DNA from: Gammaproteobacteria bacterium
GTDB taxonomy: Bacteria > Pseudomonadota > Gammaproteobacteria > Steroidobacterales > PWYM01
Direction of reading: 5' to 3'
Length of the DNA stretch: 45,258 bases
NCBI GenBank assembly: GCA_007127715.1
Contig: SKYU01000033.1
Location: 1 to 45,258 of the forward strand
Part shown: positions 1-12,093 of the stretch, piece by piece
How the letters are laid out: each line of letters opens with the position of its first letter
How positions within the stretch are numbered: the stretch's first letter is position 1
Notes under the pieces: model-generated
Told to the model about the DNA's origin: nothing
Seen by the model: the letters and a program-made list of their open reading frames with translations, nothing else
Database searches by the model: none
Program-made: the position numbers and the translations under genes

Positions 1-13
1 ATTTGACTTCCAT
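1..13 (-). CDS. accA: Probable 5' start of acetyl-CoA carboxylase carboxyltransferase alpha, running off the window
   Basis: ATG GAA GTC AAA T.. (M-E-V-K) lies downstream of dnaE and of a promoter-like element. dnaE-accA synteny is conserved in Gammaproteobacteria. Only 4 codons are visible. Confidence 0.4.
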
Positions 14-43
14 TTTTTTAGCCCGTCCCGCGCAGAGGCGCCA

Positions 44-72
44 ACACTACCCCTGTGCCCCGGCACTGACAA
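44..72 (-). promoter_or_regulatory. Putative sigma70 promoter for the gene downstream of dnaE
   Basis: TTGTCA (72-67), 17-nt spacer, TAGTGT (49-44), then ATG at 13. Confidence 0.5.
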
Positions 73-95
73 GTGCGCCGGCCGCGACCGGCGCC

Positions 96-3000
96 TCATG
101 GCGCCGCGGCAGGCCCCGGGTAGAGCACCTGGACGTGCTCCTCGCCCACCAGCTGACCGAGCTGTTCGCGCAGCTCCCGGCTCGGGCGCACGCGCCACGC
201 CCCCCCGAGAGAGACCAGCCCACGGGCATCGCCACCGCGGTAATCCACGCACACGTCACACGGGCCTTCGCGCCACGGGGCCAGGGTCTCGCGCAGCATC
301 CGCACGAACGCCTGTCCCTGTCCCGGGGCCGGCGCGTCCCAGCGGATCAGCAGTCGGCGCGCGTGGGTCTCGATGCACTCGTCGGCGGCGTGCAGCACCT
401 TGGCGGCCAGCCGCCAGCCATCGATGAACTCGTCGAACCGAAGACTGCCCTCGGCGACGAGCACCTCGTCCACCACCGCCAGGTGCGCGTACTCGCGCGC
501 CGCCTCCTCGAACATCGAAAGTTCCAGCCGCCCCGTGCCGTCGTCGAGCACCAGGGTCAGGCGTCCGCCACGCCGACGGACCTCGACCACCAGGCCGGCC
601 GCCACCACATCGCGTCTCGCCTGGAAACGCTGGCCCGGGGCGGGCGCCGGGCCGCCCAGTTCCACCAGGGGCGCGGTGGTGAAATGCCGGCAGTGCTCGG
701 CATAGGGCTGGAACGGATGGCCGGTGAGATACAGCCCCAGGGCTTCCTTCTCGGCAGCCAGGCGGTCGCGCTCGCGCCATTCGGGAAGCTCGGCAAGCGG
801 CTCGTCGGCCACCGGCGAGGCCTCCGGACAGGCCGCGGCGAACAGGTCATCCTGACCGGCGGCACGCGAGCGTTCGTCCTGCTCCGCCGCCCGCAGGGCA
901 TGCTCCAGGCCGGCCATCAGACTGGCGCGGTTCGGCCCCAGCGCATCGAGTGCGCCGGCACGGATCAGCGCCTCCATGGCCCGTCGGTTCAGCCGGTGCA
1001 CATCGACACGCCGGCAGAAGGCCTGCAGCCCGGTGAATGCGCCGCCGGCCTCGCGCTCGGCGACGATGGCTTCGATGGCCGAACGTCCCAGGCCCTTGAT
1101 GGCGCCCAGACCGTAGCGGATGGCCTCGGGGCCAGCCACGGTGAAGCCGTACTCCGAGGCATTCACATCGGGCGGCAGCAGCGTCAGGCCCAGCTGCTCG
1201 ACATCGTCCTTGAGCACCACCAGCTTGTCGGTGTTGTCCATGTCGGCCGACATCACCGCCGCCATGAATGCCGCAGGATGGTGGGCCTTCAGCCAGGCGG
1301 TCTGATAGGACAGCAGGGCATAGGCGGCGGAGTGCGACTTGTTGAAGCCGTAACCCGCGAACTTCTCCATCAGGTCGAAGATGTAGCTCGCCTGCCCCTC
1401 ATCGACCCCCTGTTCGCGCGCTCCGGCCATGAACACGCTGCGCTGCTTGGCCATCTCCTCGGGCTTCTTCTTGCCCATGGCCCGGCGCAGCAGGTCGGCG
1501 CCGCCCAGCGAATAGCCTGCCAGCTCCTGGGCAATCTGCATGACCTGTTCCTGGTAGAGGATCACGCCGTAGGTGGGCTTGAGCACCGGCTCGAGACGCG
1601 GGTGGAGATAGTCGATGGGCCCGGCGTTGCGTCCATGCTTGCGGTTGATGAAATCATCGACCATGCCCGACTGCAGGGGCCCGGGCCGGAACAGCGCCAC
1701 CAGCGCGACGATGTCCTCGAAACAGTCCGGCTGCAGACGCTTGATCAGGTCCTTCATGCCGCGGGATTCCAGCTGGAACACCGCGGTCGTCCGGCAGGCC
1801 TTGAGCAGCCGGTAGGTCGCCTCGTCGTCCATCGGGAGCTCATCGATCACCAGCGCCGGCTCACCGGCCGCGGCGCGCTCGGCATTGATGATCGCCACCG
1901 CGCGGTCGATGATGGTGAGCGTTCTGAGCCCCAGAAAGTCGAACTTCACCAGACCGACGGCTTCGACATCGTCCTTGTCGAACTGTGTCACCGGGCTGGC
2001 CGAGCCCTCTTCGCAGTACAGCGGGGTGTATTCGGTCAGCCGGTCGGGGGCGATCACCACGCCACCGGCATGCTTGCCGGCGTTGCGCGCCAGCCCCTCT
2101 AGCCGACGGGCGAGGTCGATCAGGGTGCGGACGTCCTCCTCCTCATCGTAGCGGCGCCTGAGTTCGGCATCGGTCAGCGCCTTCTCCAGGGTCATGCCGA
2201 TCTCGAAGGGAATCATCTTGGCGATGCGATCGACGTGGCCGTAGGCCATGCCGAGCACCCTGCCGACATCGCGCACCACGGCGCGGGCGGCCATGGTGCC
2301 GTAGGTGATGATCTGGGAGACCCGGTCGCGGCCATAGCGGCTGGCGACATAGTCGATGACCCGGTCGCGGCCTTCCATGCAGAAGTCGACGTCGAAGTCC
2401 GGCATCGACACGCGCTCGGGATTGAGGAAACGCTCGAACAGCAGATCGTGCGCCAGCGGATCGAGATCGGTGATCCCGAGGCACCAGGCGACCAGCGAGC
2501 CCGCGCCGGAGCCACGGCCCGGACCGACGGGGATGCCGTTCTCCTTCGCCCAGCGGATGAAATCGGCGACGATCAGGAAGTAGCCCGGGAAGCCCATGCT
2601 GCAGATGACCTCGAGCTCGCGCGCGAGCCGTGCATCGTAGGCCTCGCGCGGGCGCATGGCGCCGTGGCGAGCCAGCCGGGCCTCGAGCCCGCGGCTGGAC
2701 TCGGCCGCAAGAAAGGCCTCGATGGTCATGCCCTCGGGGATGGGAAAGTCCGGCAGCACCGTGCGGCCCAGGGTCAGCTGCAGGTTGCAGCGCCGGGCGA
2801 TCACCAGCGTATTGGCCACCGCCTCGGGCAGGTCGGCGAACAGCGCGGCCATCTCCTGCGGAGATTTCAGCGACTGCGCCTCGCTGTATTCCCGCGGGCG
2901 GCCGGCATCGGTCAGAATGCGCCCGCCCGTGATGCAGACCCTGGCCTCGTGGGCCTCGAAATCCTCGGGCGTGAGGAAGCGTACGTCATTGGTCGCGACC

Positions 3001-3587
3001 ACGGGCACCCCGGTCTCGGCTGCCAGCCGGACGGCCTCGGCCACGTGCAGTTCCTCGTCCGGCCGCCCGCTGCGGCAGAGCTCCAGGTAATAGCGATCGC
3101 CGAACAGGGCCCGCCAGTGCGCCAGCCGGGCACGCGCCTCCTCCGCGCGGCTGGAGACCAGCGCACGCCCGACGTCACCCTCGCGTCCGCCCGACAGCGC
3201 GATGAGTCCGCGGACGCTGTCAGCGTCGAGCCAGGCCGGATCCACACGTGGCAGCCCGCGCACCTGGTTCTCCTGGTAGCCGCGACTGATCAGACGCGAG
3301 AGGTTGCGGTAGCCCTCGAAGTCCTGGCATAGCAGCGTCAGCCGGGTCGGCTTCTCCGCCGGGTCGTTGCCGCCGAGGCGGAGGTCCGCGCCGATGATCG
3401 GCTTGATGCCGGCCTGCTGAGCCGCGCGGAAGAACTTCACCATGGCAAACAGGTTGCCCTCGTCGGTGAGGGCCACGGCAGGCATCCCGGCATCCACACA
3501 GGCGCGCATCAGCCCGCCGATCCGCACCACACTGTCGATCAACGAGTACTCGGTGTGCACCCGCAGGTGGACGAAGGATGCGCTCAT
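96..3587 (-). CDS. dnaE: DNA polymerase III alpha subunit
   Basis: 1163 aa; N-terminal [20 protein letters not shown], catalytic PDFDVDF, KFDFLGL, YGFNKSH; no intein-sized insertion. Confidence 0.98.
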   Translation of the reverse strand: MSASFVHLRVHTEYSLIDSVVRIGGLMRACVDAGMPAVALTDEGNLFAMVKFFRAAQQAGIKPIIGADLRLGGNDPAEKPTRLTLLCQDFEGYRNLSRLISRGYQENQVRGLPRVDPAWLDADSVRGLIALSGGREGDVGRALVSSRAEEARARLAHWRALFGDRYYLELCRSGRPDEELHVAEAVRLAAETGVPVVATNDVRFLTPEDFEAHEARVCITGGRILTDAGRPREYSEAQSLKSPQEMAALFADLPEAVANTLVIARRCNLQLTLGRTVLPDFPIPEGMTIEAFLAAESSRGLEARLARHGAMRPREAYDARLARELEVICSMGFPGYFLIVADFIRWAKENGIPVGPGRGSGAGSLVAWCLGITDLDPLAHDLLFERFLNPERVSMPDFDVDFCMEGRDRVIDYVASRYGRDRVSQIITYGTMAARAVVRDVGRVLGMAYGHVDRIAKMIPFEIGMTLEKALTDAELRRRYDEEEDVRTLIDLARRLEGLARNAGKHAGGVVIAPDRLTEYTPLYCEEGSASPVTQFDKDDVEAVGLVKFDFLGLRTLTIIDRAVAIINAERAAAGEPALVIDELPMDDEATYRLLKACRTTAVFQLESRGMKDLIKRLQPDCFEDIVALVALFRPGPLQSGMVDDFINRKHGRNAGPIDYLHPRLEPVLKPTYGVILYQEQVMQIAQELAGYSLGGADLLRRAMGKKKPEEMAKQRSVFMAGAREQGVDEGQASYIFDLMEKFAGYGFNKSHSAAYALLSYQTAWLKAHHPAAFMAAVMSADMDNTDKLVVLKDDVEQLGLTLLPPDVNASEYGFTVAGPEAIRYGLGAIKGLGRSAIEAIVAEREAGGAFTGLQAFCRRVDVHRLNRRAMEALIRAGALDALGPNRASLMAGLEHALRAAEQDERSRAAGQDDLFAAACPEASPVADEPLAELPEWRERDRLAAEKEALGLYLTGHPFQPYAEHCRHFTTAPLVELGGPAPAPGQRFQARRDVVAAGLVVEVRRRGGRLTLVLDDGTGRLELSMFEEAAREYAHLAVVDEVLVAEGSLRFDEFIDGWRLAAKVLHAADECIETHARRLLIRWDAPAPGQGQAFVRMLRETLAPWREGPCDVCVDYRGGDARGLVSLGGAWRVRPSRELREQLGQLVGEEHVQVLYPGPAAAP

Positions 3588-4246
3588 GGGCCGTCCGCCC
3601 CGGACTGCCGGGCCGCGCGTACCGGTCCGAAGCTCAGCCGATGCACCGGAGTCGGACCCAGCGCGGCCAGTGCGGCACGGTGCGCCGCCGTCGGATAGCC
3701 CTTGTGCGCCGCGAACCCGTAGCCGGGGTACTGCTGATCCAGCTCGCGCATCAACCCGTCGCGGTGCACCTTGGCGAGAATCGAGGCGGCGCCGATGGCC
3801 GCATCCAGGGCATCGCCGCCCACCATGCAGACAAGGGTTCCGGCAAACCCCGGCACCTCGGGCGCATGCGGGCCGTCCACCCTGAGCTCCCCGGGCGTCA
3901 CCCCCAGGCCGAGTATCGCGCGGCGCATGGCGAGCAGGCTGGCACCCAGGATGTTGAGCTGGTCGATTTCGCGGGGGTCGGCGGCACCGAGCGCCCAGGC
4001 GGCCGCCTCGTCGCGAATGCGCTCGGCCAGCGCCTCACGGCGACGCACGGTGAGGCGCTTGGAGTCGGCCAGCCCCGCGATCGGCCGCGCCGGGTCGAGC
4101 ATGACCGCCGCCGCGATCACAGGCCCGGCCAGCGGACCCCGGCCCACCTCGTCGACGCCGGCCACCCGTGGGAGCACGTCCGCCGACCCCGCCCGGCCAG
4201 CGGCCGAGGGGCGCTGGCGGGGGACAGGATGCGGATCAGGGCTCAT
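3584..4246 (-). CDS. rnhB: Ribonuclease HII
   Basis: [40 protein letters not shown]. Start set at ATG 4246, overlapping the lpxB end; the stop overlaps the dnaE start. Confidence 0.95.
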   Translation of the reverse strand: MSPDPHPVPRQRPSAAGRAGSADVLPRVAGVDEVGRGPLAGPVIAAAVMLDPARPIAGLADSKRLTVRRREALAERIRDEAAAWALGAADPREIDQLNILGASLLAMRRAILGLGVTPGELRVDGPHAPEVPGFAGTLVCMVGGDALDAAIGAASILAKVHRDGLMRELDQQYPGYGFAAHKGYPTAAHRAALAALGPTPVHRLSFGPVRAARQSGADGP

Positions 4247-5429
4247 TCGGGGCTCGGTATCCTGGCAGCAGGGACGCGACCGCAGCCGCTGCACTGCGGC
4301 TCGCGTCGCGCCTGAGGAGGGTCTGAAGTTTAGCAAACTCCCGCTGCTGCGTTGCCCGCTCAGCCGGGTCGTCGAGCAGCCGCGCCAGCGCCGGGCCCAG
4401 GCGCTCGGCCGTGACCTCGCCCTGCAGGAACTCCGGCACCACAGGCGCGTCGGTGAGCAGGTTCGGCAGGGCGAAATGGCGGATGCGGATCAGCCGCAGC
4501 GTCCGCACCAGCGCGAGACTGAGCGGTGACGCGCGATAGGCCGCGACCAGCGGGCAGCCGAGCAGTGCGCTCTCGAGCGTGGCTGTTCCCGAGGTCACGA
4601 GTGCCGCATCGGCCGCCACCAACGCCGTGCGTGCCTGACCCTCGACCAGCCGACAGCGCGCCGGGTCGACACCGGCATCCGCCAGCGCCGCGCGCAGCGC
4701 AGGCATGAGCGCCGGCCGTGCAACCGGAATGACACCGGTCAATCCGGGCAGGCTGCGGAGCAGCCAGGCCAGCGTCTCGGCGAATGGCCCCGCGAGGCGC
4801 TCGATCTCACCGCGTCGACTGCCAGGCAGGATCGCCAGCACCGGACCGGCCGCGGGCAGCGCGAGCGCCCGCCGGGCTGCTCCGGCATCGCCGTCGGGGG
4901 CGAGCTCGTCGGCCAGCGGATGCCCCACGAAGCGGGCATCCACGCCATGACGTGCGTAGAACCCTTCCTCGAACGGCAGCACGCAGAGCATGCGATCGAC
5001 GGCCTTGCGAATCGTGCGGATGCGGCCTTCACGCCAGGCCCACACACTGGGGCTCACGTAATGCACGGTGGTGATGCCGGCGGCCCGCAGCGTCTTCTCC
5101 ACGCCAAGGTTGAAATCGGGCGCGTCGATCCCGATGAACACGCTCGGGCGGGTCTCGAGCAGGCGTGCGATCAGCGCCCTTCGCAGGCGCAGCAGCCGCG
5201 GGAGGTCGCGCAGGATCTCGAACAGACCCATCACCGCCAGCTCATCGGCATCCCACCAGGGCTCGCAGCCGGCGGCCTGCATGGCCGGGCCGGCCACCCC
5301 GACGCAGCGCACGCCCGGAACACGCTGCCTGAGCTCGCGCACCAGCCCGGCCCCGAGCTGGTCACCGGACGCCTCGCCGGCCACCAGCGCCACTGTCAGT
5401 CCGGCGGAGGCCGGCAGGTTGGTGCTCAC
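4236..5429 (-). CDS. lpxB: Lipid-A-disaccharide synthase
   Basis: [42 protein letters not shown]; conserved position. Confidence 0.97.
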   Translation of the reverse strand: MSTNLPASAGLTVALVAGEASGDQLGAGLVRELRQRVPGVRCVGVAGPAMQAAGCEPWWDADELAVMGLFEILRDLPRLLRLRRALIARLLETRPSVFIGIDAPDFNLGVEKTLRAAGITTVHYVSPSVWAWREGRIRTIRKAVDRMLCVLPFEEGFYARHGVDARFVGHPLADELAPDGDAGAARRALALPAAGPVLAILPGSRRGEIERLAGPFAETLAWLLRSLPGLTGVIPVARPALMPALRAALADAGVDPARCRLVEGQARTALVAADAALVTSGTATLESALLGCPLVAAYRASPLSLALVRTLRLIRIRHFALPNLLTDAPVVPEFLQGEVTAERLGPALARLLDDPAERATQQREFAKLQTLLRRDASRSAAAAVASLLPGYRAPNEP

Positions 5430-5451
5430 GCTCGCCCGGGCCAGGGCGGCA

Positions 5452-6222
5452 TCAGCGCAGGATGCCGCGCTCGCCGCGCTTCAGCGAGTCGATGAACACG
5501 CCGAGTTCCGGCTGCTCGGGCAGCCGGCGCTCCAGCTCCGCGACGGCCTCCTCGAGGCGCAGCTGCTGGCGGTAGACGACCTTGTAGGCCTCGCGGAGAT
5601 TGCGGATCTGGCTGGCATCGAAGCCCCGGCGGCGCAGGCCTTCCTGGTTGATGCCGCGTGGCACCGGCGGATTGCCGGTCACGATCACGTAGGCGGGCAC
5701 GTCGCGCCCCGCCGCCACCTGCATCCCGAGAAAGGCATGTGCTCCGATATGGCAGAACTGGTGGGCCCCGGAGAACCCGCCGAGGATCGCAAAGTCATCG
5801 ACGGTGACATGACCGGCAAGCGTCGCCCCGTTGGCCAGGATGGTGTGGTTGCCGATGACGCAGTCGTGGGCGACATGTACGTAGGCCATGATCCAGTTGT
5901 CATCACCGAGGGTCGTCTCGCCGCGGTCCTGCACCGTGCCGCGGTTGAGGGTGACGTACTCGCGGATGGTGTTGCGGTGGCCGATCACCAGCCGTGTCGG
6001 TTCACCGGCGTATTTCTTGTCCTGCGGCGCCTCGCCCAGCGAGGCGAACTGGAAAATCCGGTTGTCCTCGCCGATCACCGTGGGTCCCTTGATCACCACG
6101 TGCGGCCCGATGACCGTCCCGGCACCGATCTCGACGTCGTCACCGATGATCGAGAACGGACCGACCTCCACCGACTCGTGCAGCCTGGCACCCGGGGAGA
6201 TGATCGCTCGCGGGTCGATCAT
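5452..6222 (-). CDS. lpxA: UDP-N-acetylglucosamine acyltransferase
   Basis: Hexapeptide repeats, PQDKKY, HVAHDC, HQFC. Confidence 0.97.
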   Translation of the reverse strand: MIDPRAIISPGARLHESVEVGPFSIIGDDVEIGAGTVIGPHVVIKGPTVIGEDNRIFQFASLGEAPQDKKYAGEPTRLVIGHRNTIREYVTLNRGTVQDRGETTLGDDNWIMAYVHVAHDCVIGNHTILANGATLAGHVTVDDFAILGGFSGAHQFCHIGAHAFLGMQVAAGRDVPAYVIVTGNPPVPRGINQEGLRRRGFDASQIRNLREAYKVVYRQQLRLEEAVAELERRLPEQPELGVFIDSLKRGERGILR

Positions 6223-6671
6223 CCCTGCCTCCCGCGGGCTGCCATGAGCTCGGCCTTGGCCACCAGCTGTCCGTCGACCTCAGCCTGGGTGGAAAAGCGC
6301 CAGACGCCACGCATCTGGCGTTCCAGGCGGCCGTGCAGGATCAGCTGGTCGCCCGGCACCACGGGCCGCTTGAAGCGCACGTTGTCGACACCCGCGAGAT
6401 AATAGACCTCATCGGCCGCCGAGCGCTGGACGGTGGCATAGGCGAGGATGCCGGTGGCCTGCGCGAGAGCCTCGACGATGAGCACGCCGGGCATGACCGG
6501 ATTGCCCGGAAAATGCCCGGGGAAGAATGGCTCGTTGATGGTGACGTTCTTGAGGGCACGCACGTGGCTTCCGGGCTCGCACTCCAGCACCCGGTCAAGC
6601 AGCAGAAACGGATACCGGTGCGGCATCTGGCCGAGGATGCCCTCGATATCCATGTAGGTCTCATCAGTCAT
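6219..6671 (-). CDS. fabZ: 3-hydroxyacyl-ACP dehydratase
   Basis: [37 protein letters not shown]; ATG 6671 overlaps the lpxD stop. Confidence 0.97.
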   Translation of the reverse strand: MTDETYMDIEGILGQMPHRYPFLLLDRVLECEPGSHVRALKNVTINEPFFPGHFPGNPVMPGVLIVEALAQATGILAYATVQRSAADEVYYLAGVDNVRFKRPVVPGDQLILHGRLERQMRGVWRFSTQAEVDGQLVAKAELMAARGRQG

Positions 6672-7740
6672 CGGACTCCCCACCCGGCCCCTCGCCGGTC
6701 AAATTGTCGACACGCCGTTCGAGGCGGCGCAGGCGCTCGACGGTTTTCGCGAGCTGGCGGTAGCGGGCCACGCCGCGGCGCCATTCGCGCACCTCCTCAA
6801 CCGGGATGCCACTGCCATACATGCCCGGCTCGCGGATCGAATGGGTGACCATGGCGCGGCCCATCAGCACGACCCGGTCACAGATCTCCAGGTGACCGCC
6901 GATCCCGGCCTGCCCTGCGATCATGCAGTGACTGCCGATGCGTGTGCTGCCGGCGATCCCGACCATGGCGGCGATCGCCGTGTGCGCGCCGATGCGCACG
7001 TTGTGGGCCACCTGGATCTGGTTGTCGAGCTTCGCGCCCTCCTCGACGACCGTGTCCCCAATCGCGCCGCGGTCGATGGTGGTGTTGGCACCGATCTCGA
7101 CGTCGTCGCCAATCAGCACACCGCCCACCTGCGGGACCTTGAGCCATCGCCCGCCATCCTGGGCGATACCAAAGCCATCGGCCCCCAGCACCGCGCCGGG
7201 ATGCAGCAGGCAGCGCTCGCCGATCCGCACGCCGGGACCCAGGGTGACCCGAGCGACCAGGGTCGACCCGGCGCCGATGACGCTGTCGCGCATGACGACG
7301 CAGCCTGGACCCAGGCGCACCCCGCGCCCGACCTGGGCGCCCTCCTCGACCGTCACATGCGGCCCGATACTGGCCTCGGGATGCAGCTCCGCGGCCGGCG
7401 AGACGACTGCACTGGGGTCTACGCCAGGCGGGAAGACCGGTGGTGGATGCAGTAACGCGGCCGCGCGGGCGTAGCTCGCGTAGGGGTTGGGATGGATCAG
7501 GGCCGCGGCCGGGCATTCCCCGGCATCCTCCGGGGCGAGGACGACGGCGGTCGCCGCCGTTCGGGCCAGGGCCTGCCGGTAGGCTGGATTGGCGAGAAAA
7601 CTCAGCTGGCCGGACCGGGCGTGCTGCAGTGTGGCCACGCCGGTGACTCGCGCATCCGGGTCGCCCTCGAGCTCGCAGCCCAGGCGCACCGCGAGCTCAC
7701 CCAGCGACAGGCCGGGCCCCGTGCCAGCCTCCCCGCCCAT
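6664..7740 (-). CDS. lpxD: UDP-3-O-(3-hydroxyacyl)glucosamine N-acyltransferase
   Basis: NPYASYA, GADGFG, EIGANTTIDRGA, KLDNQIQVAHNV, hexapeptide repeats. Confidence 0.97.
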   Translation of the reverse strand: MGGEAGTGPGLSLGELAVRLGCELEGDPDARVTGVATLQHARSGQLSFLANPAYRQALARTAATAVVLAPEDAGECPAAALIHPNPYASYARAAALLHPPPVFPPGVDPSAVVSPAAELHPEASIGPHVTVEEGAQVGRGVRLGPGCVVMRDSVIGAGSTLVARVTLGPGVRIGERCLLHPGAVLGADGFGIAQDGGRWLKVPQVGGVLIGDDVEIGANTTIDRGAIGDTVVEEGAKLDNQIQVAHNVRIGAHTAIAAMVGIAGSTRIGSHCMIAGQAGIGGHLEICDRVVLMGRAMVTHSIREPGMYGSGIPVEEVREWRRGVARYRQLAKTVERLRRLERRVDNLTGEGPGGESDD

Positions 7741-7754
7741 CGCGCCGCCCGCCC

Positions 7755-8294
7755 TCAGCGGCGGCCGGAATTACGGAAATTCGACTGCAGCGTCTCGAGA
7801 ATGCGCGGCGTGATGTCGATCCCCGAACTGGCGTAGATCACGCCCTCGGCGACGATCATGTCGTAGTTCTCGCGCCGGGCGTAGTCCTGGATCTCGCGAA
7901 CCAGCGAGCGCTGAAGTGCTCCGAGCTCCTCGTTGCGACGGAGATTGAAGTCTTCCACCAGTTCGTTCTGGCGGCGCGCCAGGTCGCGCTGGGTGTCGCG
8001 CAGCTGGCGTTCCATGTCGCGACGCTGGCCATCGGTCATCACGGCCTCATCGCGCTCGAAGCGCTCCTCGAGCTCGCGCAGCTCGTTGGCACGGGAGACC
8101 AGGTCGCGCTGGCGCGGACCGAACTCGTCCTGCAGGGACTCGACCACCGACTGTGCCTGTGGCGACTGCTCGAGCAGCGCGGCGAGGTTGACCACGCCAA
8201 CCTTCAGCTGGGCTTCGGCCTGCCCGGGAAGGGCAAGGGCGAGTGCCGCCGTGGCGAGCAGGGTGGTCAGGGAAAGCTTGCTTGCAGATGTCAT
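7755..8294 (-). CDS. skp: Periplasmic chaperone Skp/OmpH
   Basis: Signal peptide ending AEA, KVGVVN, coiled-coil body, DIT C-terminal motif; GGAG SD before ATG 8294; located between bamA and lpxD. Confidence 0.93.
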   Translation of the reverse strand: MTSASKLSLTTLLATAALALALPGQAEAQLKVGVVNLAALLEQSPQAQSVVESLQDEFGPRQRDLVSRANELRELEERFERDEAVMTDGQRRDMERQLRDTQRDLARRQNELVEDFNLRRNEELGALQRSLVREIQDYARRENYDMIVAEGVIYASSGIDITPRILETLQSNFRNSGRR

Positions 8295-8305
8295 AACTCC
8301 AAACC

Positions 8306-10720
8306 TCAAAATGCCGAGCCAATGGTGAACTGGAAGCGCTCGGTCTGATCAGGGAACCGTCGGTCATCGCCCTCGGAGGCGTTCAACGGAATACCATAAC
8401 TGAACCGGAAGATGCCAAGCGGTGCCAACCACTCCGCACCAATGCCGACCGACTGACGCAGGTCGTTGAAACTGAAGCGGTAGTCGATCGGATCGCCCTG
8501 GCGGTCGAAGAACTCCACGCCCCCGGTGGAGAACACATTGCCGATATCGTAGAACAGCACGAACCTCGCCCGATTGCGCCAGGCCTGCGGGATGGGCAGC
8601 ACGACCTCCGCCTGGCCGGCCACCAGCAGATTGCCGCCATAGGGATTCTGGAAGGTGTCCACCGGGCCCAGCCGGCTTTCGCGGAACCCGCGCACCGTGC
8701 CCGGTCCGCCCGCAAAGAAATTACGAAACGGTGGAATGGCCGTGGTGTCCCCGAGGGCCTCGGCGTAGCCGAGGTCCAGGTTGAAGCGCGTGGTCAGGTT
8801 GCGCCAGGGCCGCCAGTACTGGGTGCCGGAGTAGTTGAGGGAGAAATACTCGACGTCGCTGCCCGGGATGGTGTAGCCGAGGCTGATCCGATGACGGGCA
8901 CCGCGGTCGGCGAACAGCGCCCGGTTGCGGCTGTCGAACACCCAGCCGGCCACCAGCTCATAGGCGTCGAACTTCGTCCCGAGCACCGAGCGCTGCTCGT
9001 TCAGGGGTGTCTCGAAGGGCTTGCCGTTGTTGCGCACCCATTCCTGGGCCTGCAGCGTGCTGAACGTATCGACCAGCAGCTCGGCCCGCTGCCAGTTCAC
9101 CCCGATGCGCAGGGACTGGAATTCGCTGATCGGGTAGGCGTATTCCACTCCGGAGCTCAGCTGCTTGGTGGAGAAGTCCGAGGCCTGGGAGACGAACTGC
9201 ACGATGTCGCGATAGGACATCGAGATCGTCCGGCTGACGCCGTCGATGTTGGTGTAGGGATCGGTATGCGAGATGCTGTAGACGTCGCTGAAGCGCCCGC
9301 TCTGGATCTCTGCGGCCACCCGCTGGCCAGTCCCGCGGAAATTGCTGTGCACGAAATTGCCCGAGAGGATCAGGCGCTGGCTGGCGGAGTAGCCCAGGCC
9401 GCCACCGAACTGGCCCGGCAGGCCATACTCGATATCGACTTCGAGATCCACCTGGTCGGGCGTGCCGGCCACGGGCACGGTGTCGACGTCCACACCGTCG
9501 ATGTAGGGCAGCCGCTGGATACGGGTCTTGGAGCGCTCGACCTGCACGTTGGAGAGGTAGGCGCCCTCGAACTGGCGCATCTCGCGGCGGAAGACCTCGT
9601 CGTTGACGCGATCGGTGCCCCGGAAGTTGATCCGGCGGACATACACCCGGTTGCGGGGCTCGATGTAGATCGTGACGCTGGCCTCGAGGGTCTCGCGATC
9701 CAGGGTCGGCACGGGGTTGATGTCGGCGAAGGCATAGCCATCCGCCCCGAGACTGAAGCCGATCAGCTCGGCAGTCTGGTTGAGCAGCTGCTGCGAGAAG
9801 GTCTGGCCAGGGCGCACGAGCACCAGCGCATTCAGGCGCTCCTCGGGCACCGGCAGCTGGCCGGCAAGACGCACATCGGAGATCGTGTAGCGTTCACCCT
9901 CGTTGACGTTGATGGTGATGAAGATGTCTTTCTTGTCCGGCGAGATCGCCACCTGCGTCGACTCGATGTCGAAATCGGCGTAGCCGCGGTCCATGTAGAA
10001 CGAACGCAGGGTCTCGAGGTCACCCTGCAGCGCTTCACGCGCATAGCGGTCGTTCTGACGGAACCAGGAATTCCAGCGTGGCGTGGAGAGCTCGAACTGG
10101 CGCCGGAGTTCACGGTCGCTGAAGGTCTCGTTGCCGACGATGTTGATCTGACGGATGCGCGCGCGATCGCCCTCGACGATGTCGATCGCGATGGCGACCT
10201 GGTTGTCCGGGAGCTCCTCGACCGTCGTATCAACCGTGACGGCGTACTTGCCGCGGCTGAAATACTGCTCCGTGAGGAACTGGGTGACCTCATCGAGGAT
10301 GGCGCGGTCGAAGGTGCGCCCGGTGCGCAGGCCCACACCAGAGAGCGAGCGCATCAGGTCCTCGGTCTTGATGTCCTTGTTGCCCTCGATGGTGAAGGAC
10401 TGGATCGAAGGCCGCTCCTGCACGGCGATCACCAGGGTCTCCCCATCGCGGCGCAGCTCCACATCGCGGAAGAAACCCGTGGCGAACAGTGCACGGATGG
10501 CCTCGCGCGAGCGGCGGCCGTCCACCGTATCTCCGAGGTTGATCGGCAGATAGTTGTAGACCGTACCCTCGGCGATACGCTGCAGACCCTCTACGCGGAA
10601 GTTCCGTACCGTGAAATCATCGCCCTGCTGCGCCTGCGCAGCAACCGGCCCGCCCAGCGCCAGCGCGCAGGCCGCTGCCAGGACGGCGTTACGACGTCGT
10701 GTCTTCGCTCGAATCGTCAA
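8306..10720 (-). CDS. bamA: Outer membrane protein assembly factor BamA
   Basis: Signal peptide, POTRA repeats (VEGLQRI, FATGFF, ERPSI), VRGF motif, C-terminal FQFTIGSAF. Start set at TTG 10720, overlapping the rseP stop; start is uncertain. Confidence 0.96.
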   Translation of the reverse strand: MTIRAKTRRRNAVLAAACALALGGPVAAQAQQGDDFTVRNFRVEGLQRIAEGTVYNYLPINLGDTVDGRRSREAIRALFATGFFRDVELRRDGETLVIAVQERPSIQSFTIEGNKDIKTEDLMRSLSGVGLRTGRTFDRAILDEVTQFLTEQYFSRGKYAVTVDTTVEELPDNQVAIAIDIVEGDRARIRQINIVGNETFSDRELRRQFELSTPRWNSWFRQNDRYAREALQGDLETLRSFYMDRGYADFDIESTQVAISPDKKDIFITINVNEGERYTISDVRLAGQLPVPEERLNALVLVRPGQTFSQQLLNQTAELIGFSLGADGYAFADINPVPTLDRETLEASVTIYIEPRNRVYVRRINFRGTDRVNDEVFRREMRQFEGAYLSNVQVERSKTRIQRLPYIDGVDVDTVPVAGTPDQVDLEVDIEYGLPGQFGGGLGYSASQRLILSGNFVHSNFRGTGQRVAAEIQSGRFSDVYSISHTDPYTNIDGVSRTISMSYRDIVQFVSQASDFSTKQLSSGVEYAYPISEFQSLRIGVNWQRAELLVDTFSTLQAQEWVRNNGKPFETPLNEQRSVLGTKFDAYELVAGWVFDSRNRALFADRGARHRISLGYTIPGSDVEYFSLNYSGTQYWRPWRNLTTRFNLDLGYAEALGDTTAIPPFRNFFAGGPGTVRGFRESRLGPVDTFQNPYGGNLLVAGQAEVVLPIPQAWRNRARFVLFYDIGNVFSTGGVEFFDRQGDPIDYRFSFNDLRQSVGIGAEWLAPLGIFRFSYGIPLNASEGDDRRFPDQTERFQFTIGSAF

Positions 10721-12093
10721 CCCAGAAGCCTCGTGATGTCGTTGTAGAACGCGAAACTCATGATCACCAGCAGCATGGCCAGGCCGATCTGCTGGCAGAT
10801 CATCAGTGTGCGCTCCGAGAGCGGACTGCCTTTGACCCACTCCACAAGCTGGTAGATGATCTGACCGCCATCCAGCATCGGGATCGGCAGCAGATTCAGG
10901 ATGCCCAGGCTGATGCTGATGATGGCCAGGAAGTTCAGAAACGTACTCAGGCCCAGCACCAGACTGAAGCCCGCATACTGACCAATGCTGATCGGGCCGC
11001 TGATGTTACGCACCGAGACGTCCCCGGTCACCATCCGCCCCAGCATCCGCAGCGTCAACCCGGTCATGTCCCAGGTCCGGGTCCAGCCCTGCGCCAGTGC
11101 CGCGACCGGCCCGTAACGCTGTTCGGCACGCAGATGCTCCGCGAGTCCGCGCGCGTGGTCAAGGTTGATCTCGGCGCCGATCCGGCCGATCACCTGGCCG
11201 TCGGCCACCACGCTGTCGATCTCCAGCCAGGCGCGCTCGCGTTGCCCATCGCGCTGGAACACCACCTCGACGCGCTCGTCGGGGTGCGCACGCACGAAAC
11301 TGACCCAGTCGTTCCAGTCGGCAACGGGCTGGCCGTCGGCGGCGAGGATCTCGTCCCCCTCCTGCAGCCCGGCCCGGGCGGCGCTGCCCCCCGAGACCAG
11401 CGGCCCGAGCATGGCGGGCACCGAGGGCGACCAGGGTTCCAGGCCGAGCCCTGGCAGCAGCGCACCGGGTTCGGTCAGCCGTGATTCCATGCCGGCTACC
11501 GGAATCTCCACCAGCCGCGAGGGCGCGTCGGGCGCGGTCGCGACGGTCAGCCGGATCACCCCGTCGGAAAGCATGTCGTCGTACAGGGCGAGCATGACGC
11601 TCTCCCAGGTGGGCGTGCGGGTACCGCCGACCTCGAGGATCTGCTCGCGTTCCTGGAGTCCGGCACGGGCAGCGAGCGACTCTGCGGGCACAGGCCCGAG
11701 GACGGGCGTCACGCCTGGCACACCAACCATGAACATCATCCAGAAGGCGACCACGGCAAAGGCGAAGTTGGCCCCGGCACCGGCCAGCAGTACGGCAATA
11801 CGGTGGGGCACCGGACGATGGGTGAACGCGCGGCCCTGGTCCTCGGGAGCCACCGGACCCTCGCGCTCGTCGAGCAGCTTGACGTAGCCACCCAGGGGAA
11901 TCATCGACAGCCAGTACTCGGTGCGGTCGGCATCCCGGCCATGCCAGCGGACCAGCGGCCGGCCGAACCCGATCGAGAAACGCTCGACCTTGAACCCCAA
12001 CCGGCGTGCCACCCAGAAGTGCCCGTACTCATGCACGGCCACCAGCACGCCAATGGCGAGCAGAAAGGCGAACACCGAGATCAGGAAGCTCAC
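10717..12093 (-). CDS. rseP: RIP metalloprotease RseP
   Basis: HEYGH zinc motif, FSIGFG, PLGGYV, two PDZ domains, [11 protein letters not shown]. Confidence 0.97.
   Translation of the reverse strand: MSFLISVFAFLLAIGVLVAVHEYGHFWVARRLGFKVERFSIGFGRPLVRWHGRDADRTEYWLSMIPLGGYVKLLDEREGPVAPEDQGRAFTHRPVPHRIAVLLAGAGANFAFAVVAFWMMFMVGVPGVTPVLGPVPAESLAARAGLQEREQILEVGGTRTPTWESVMLALYDDMLSDGVIRLTVATAPDAPSRLVEIPVAGMESRLTEPGALLPGLGLEPWSPSVPAMLGPLVSGGSAARAGLQEGDEILAADGQPVADWNDWVSFVRAHPDERVEVVFQRDGQRERAWLEIDSVVADGQVIGRIGAEINLDHARGLAEHLRAEQRYGPVAALAQGWTRTWDMTGLTLRMLGRMVTGDVSVRNISGPISIGQYAGFSLVLGLSTFLNFLAIISISLGILNLLPIPMLDGGQIIYQLVEWVKGSPLSERTLMICQQIGLAMLLVIMSFAFYNDITRLLG

Noticed and set aside
75-94. Hairpin after the dnaE stop as an intrinsic terminator
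   Set aside because: A GCGCCGG/CCGGCGC stem is present but no U-tract follows, and such stems are common at this GC content
3-3332. 699-aa and 365-aa plus-strand ORFs opposite dnaE
   Set aside because: Antisense mirror frames with no domain signatures
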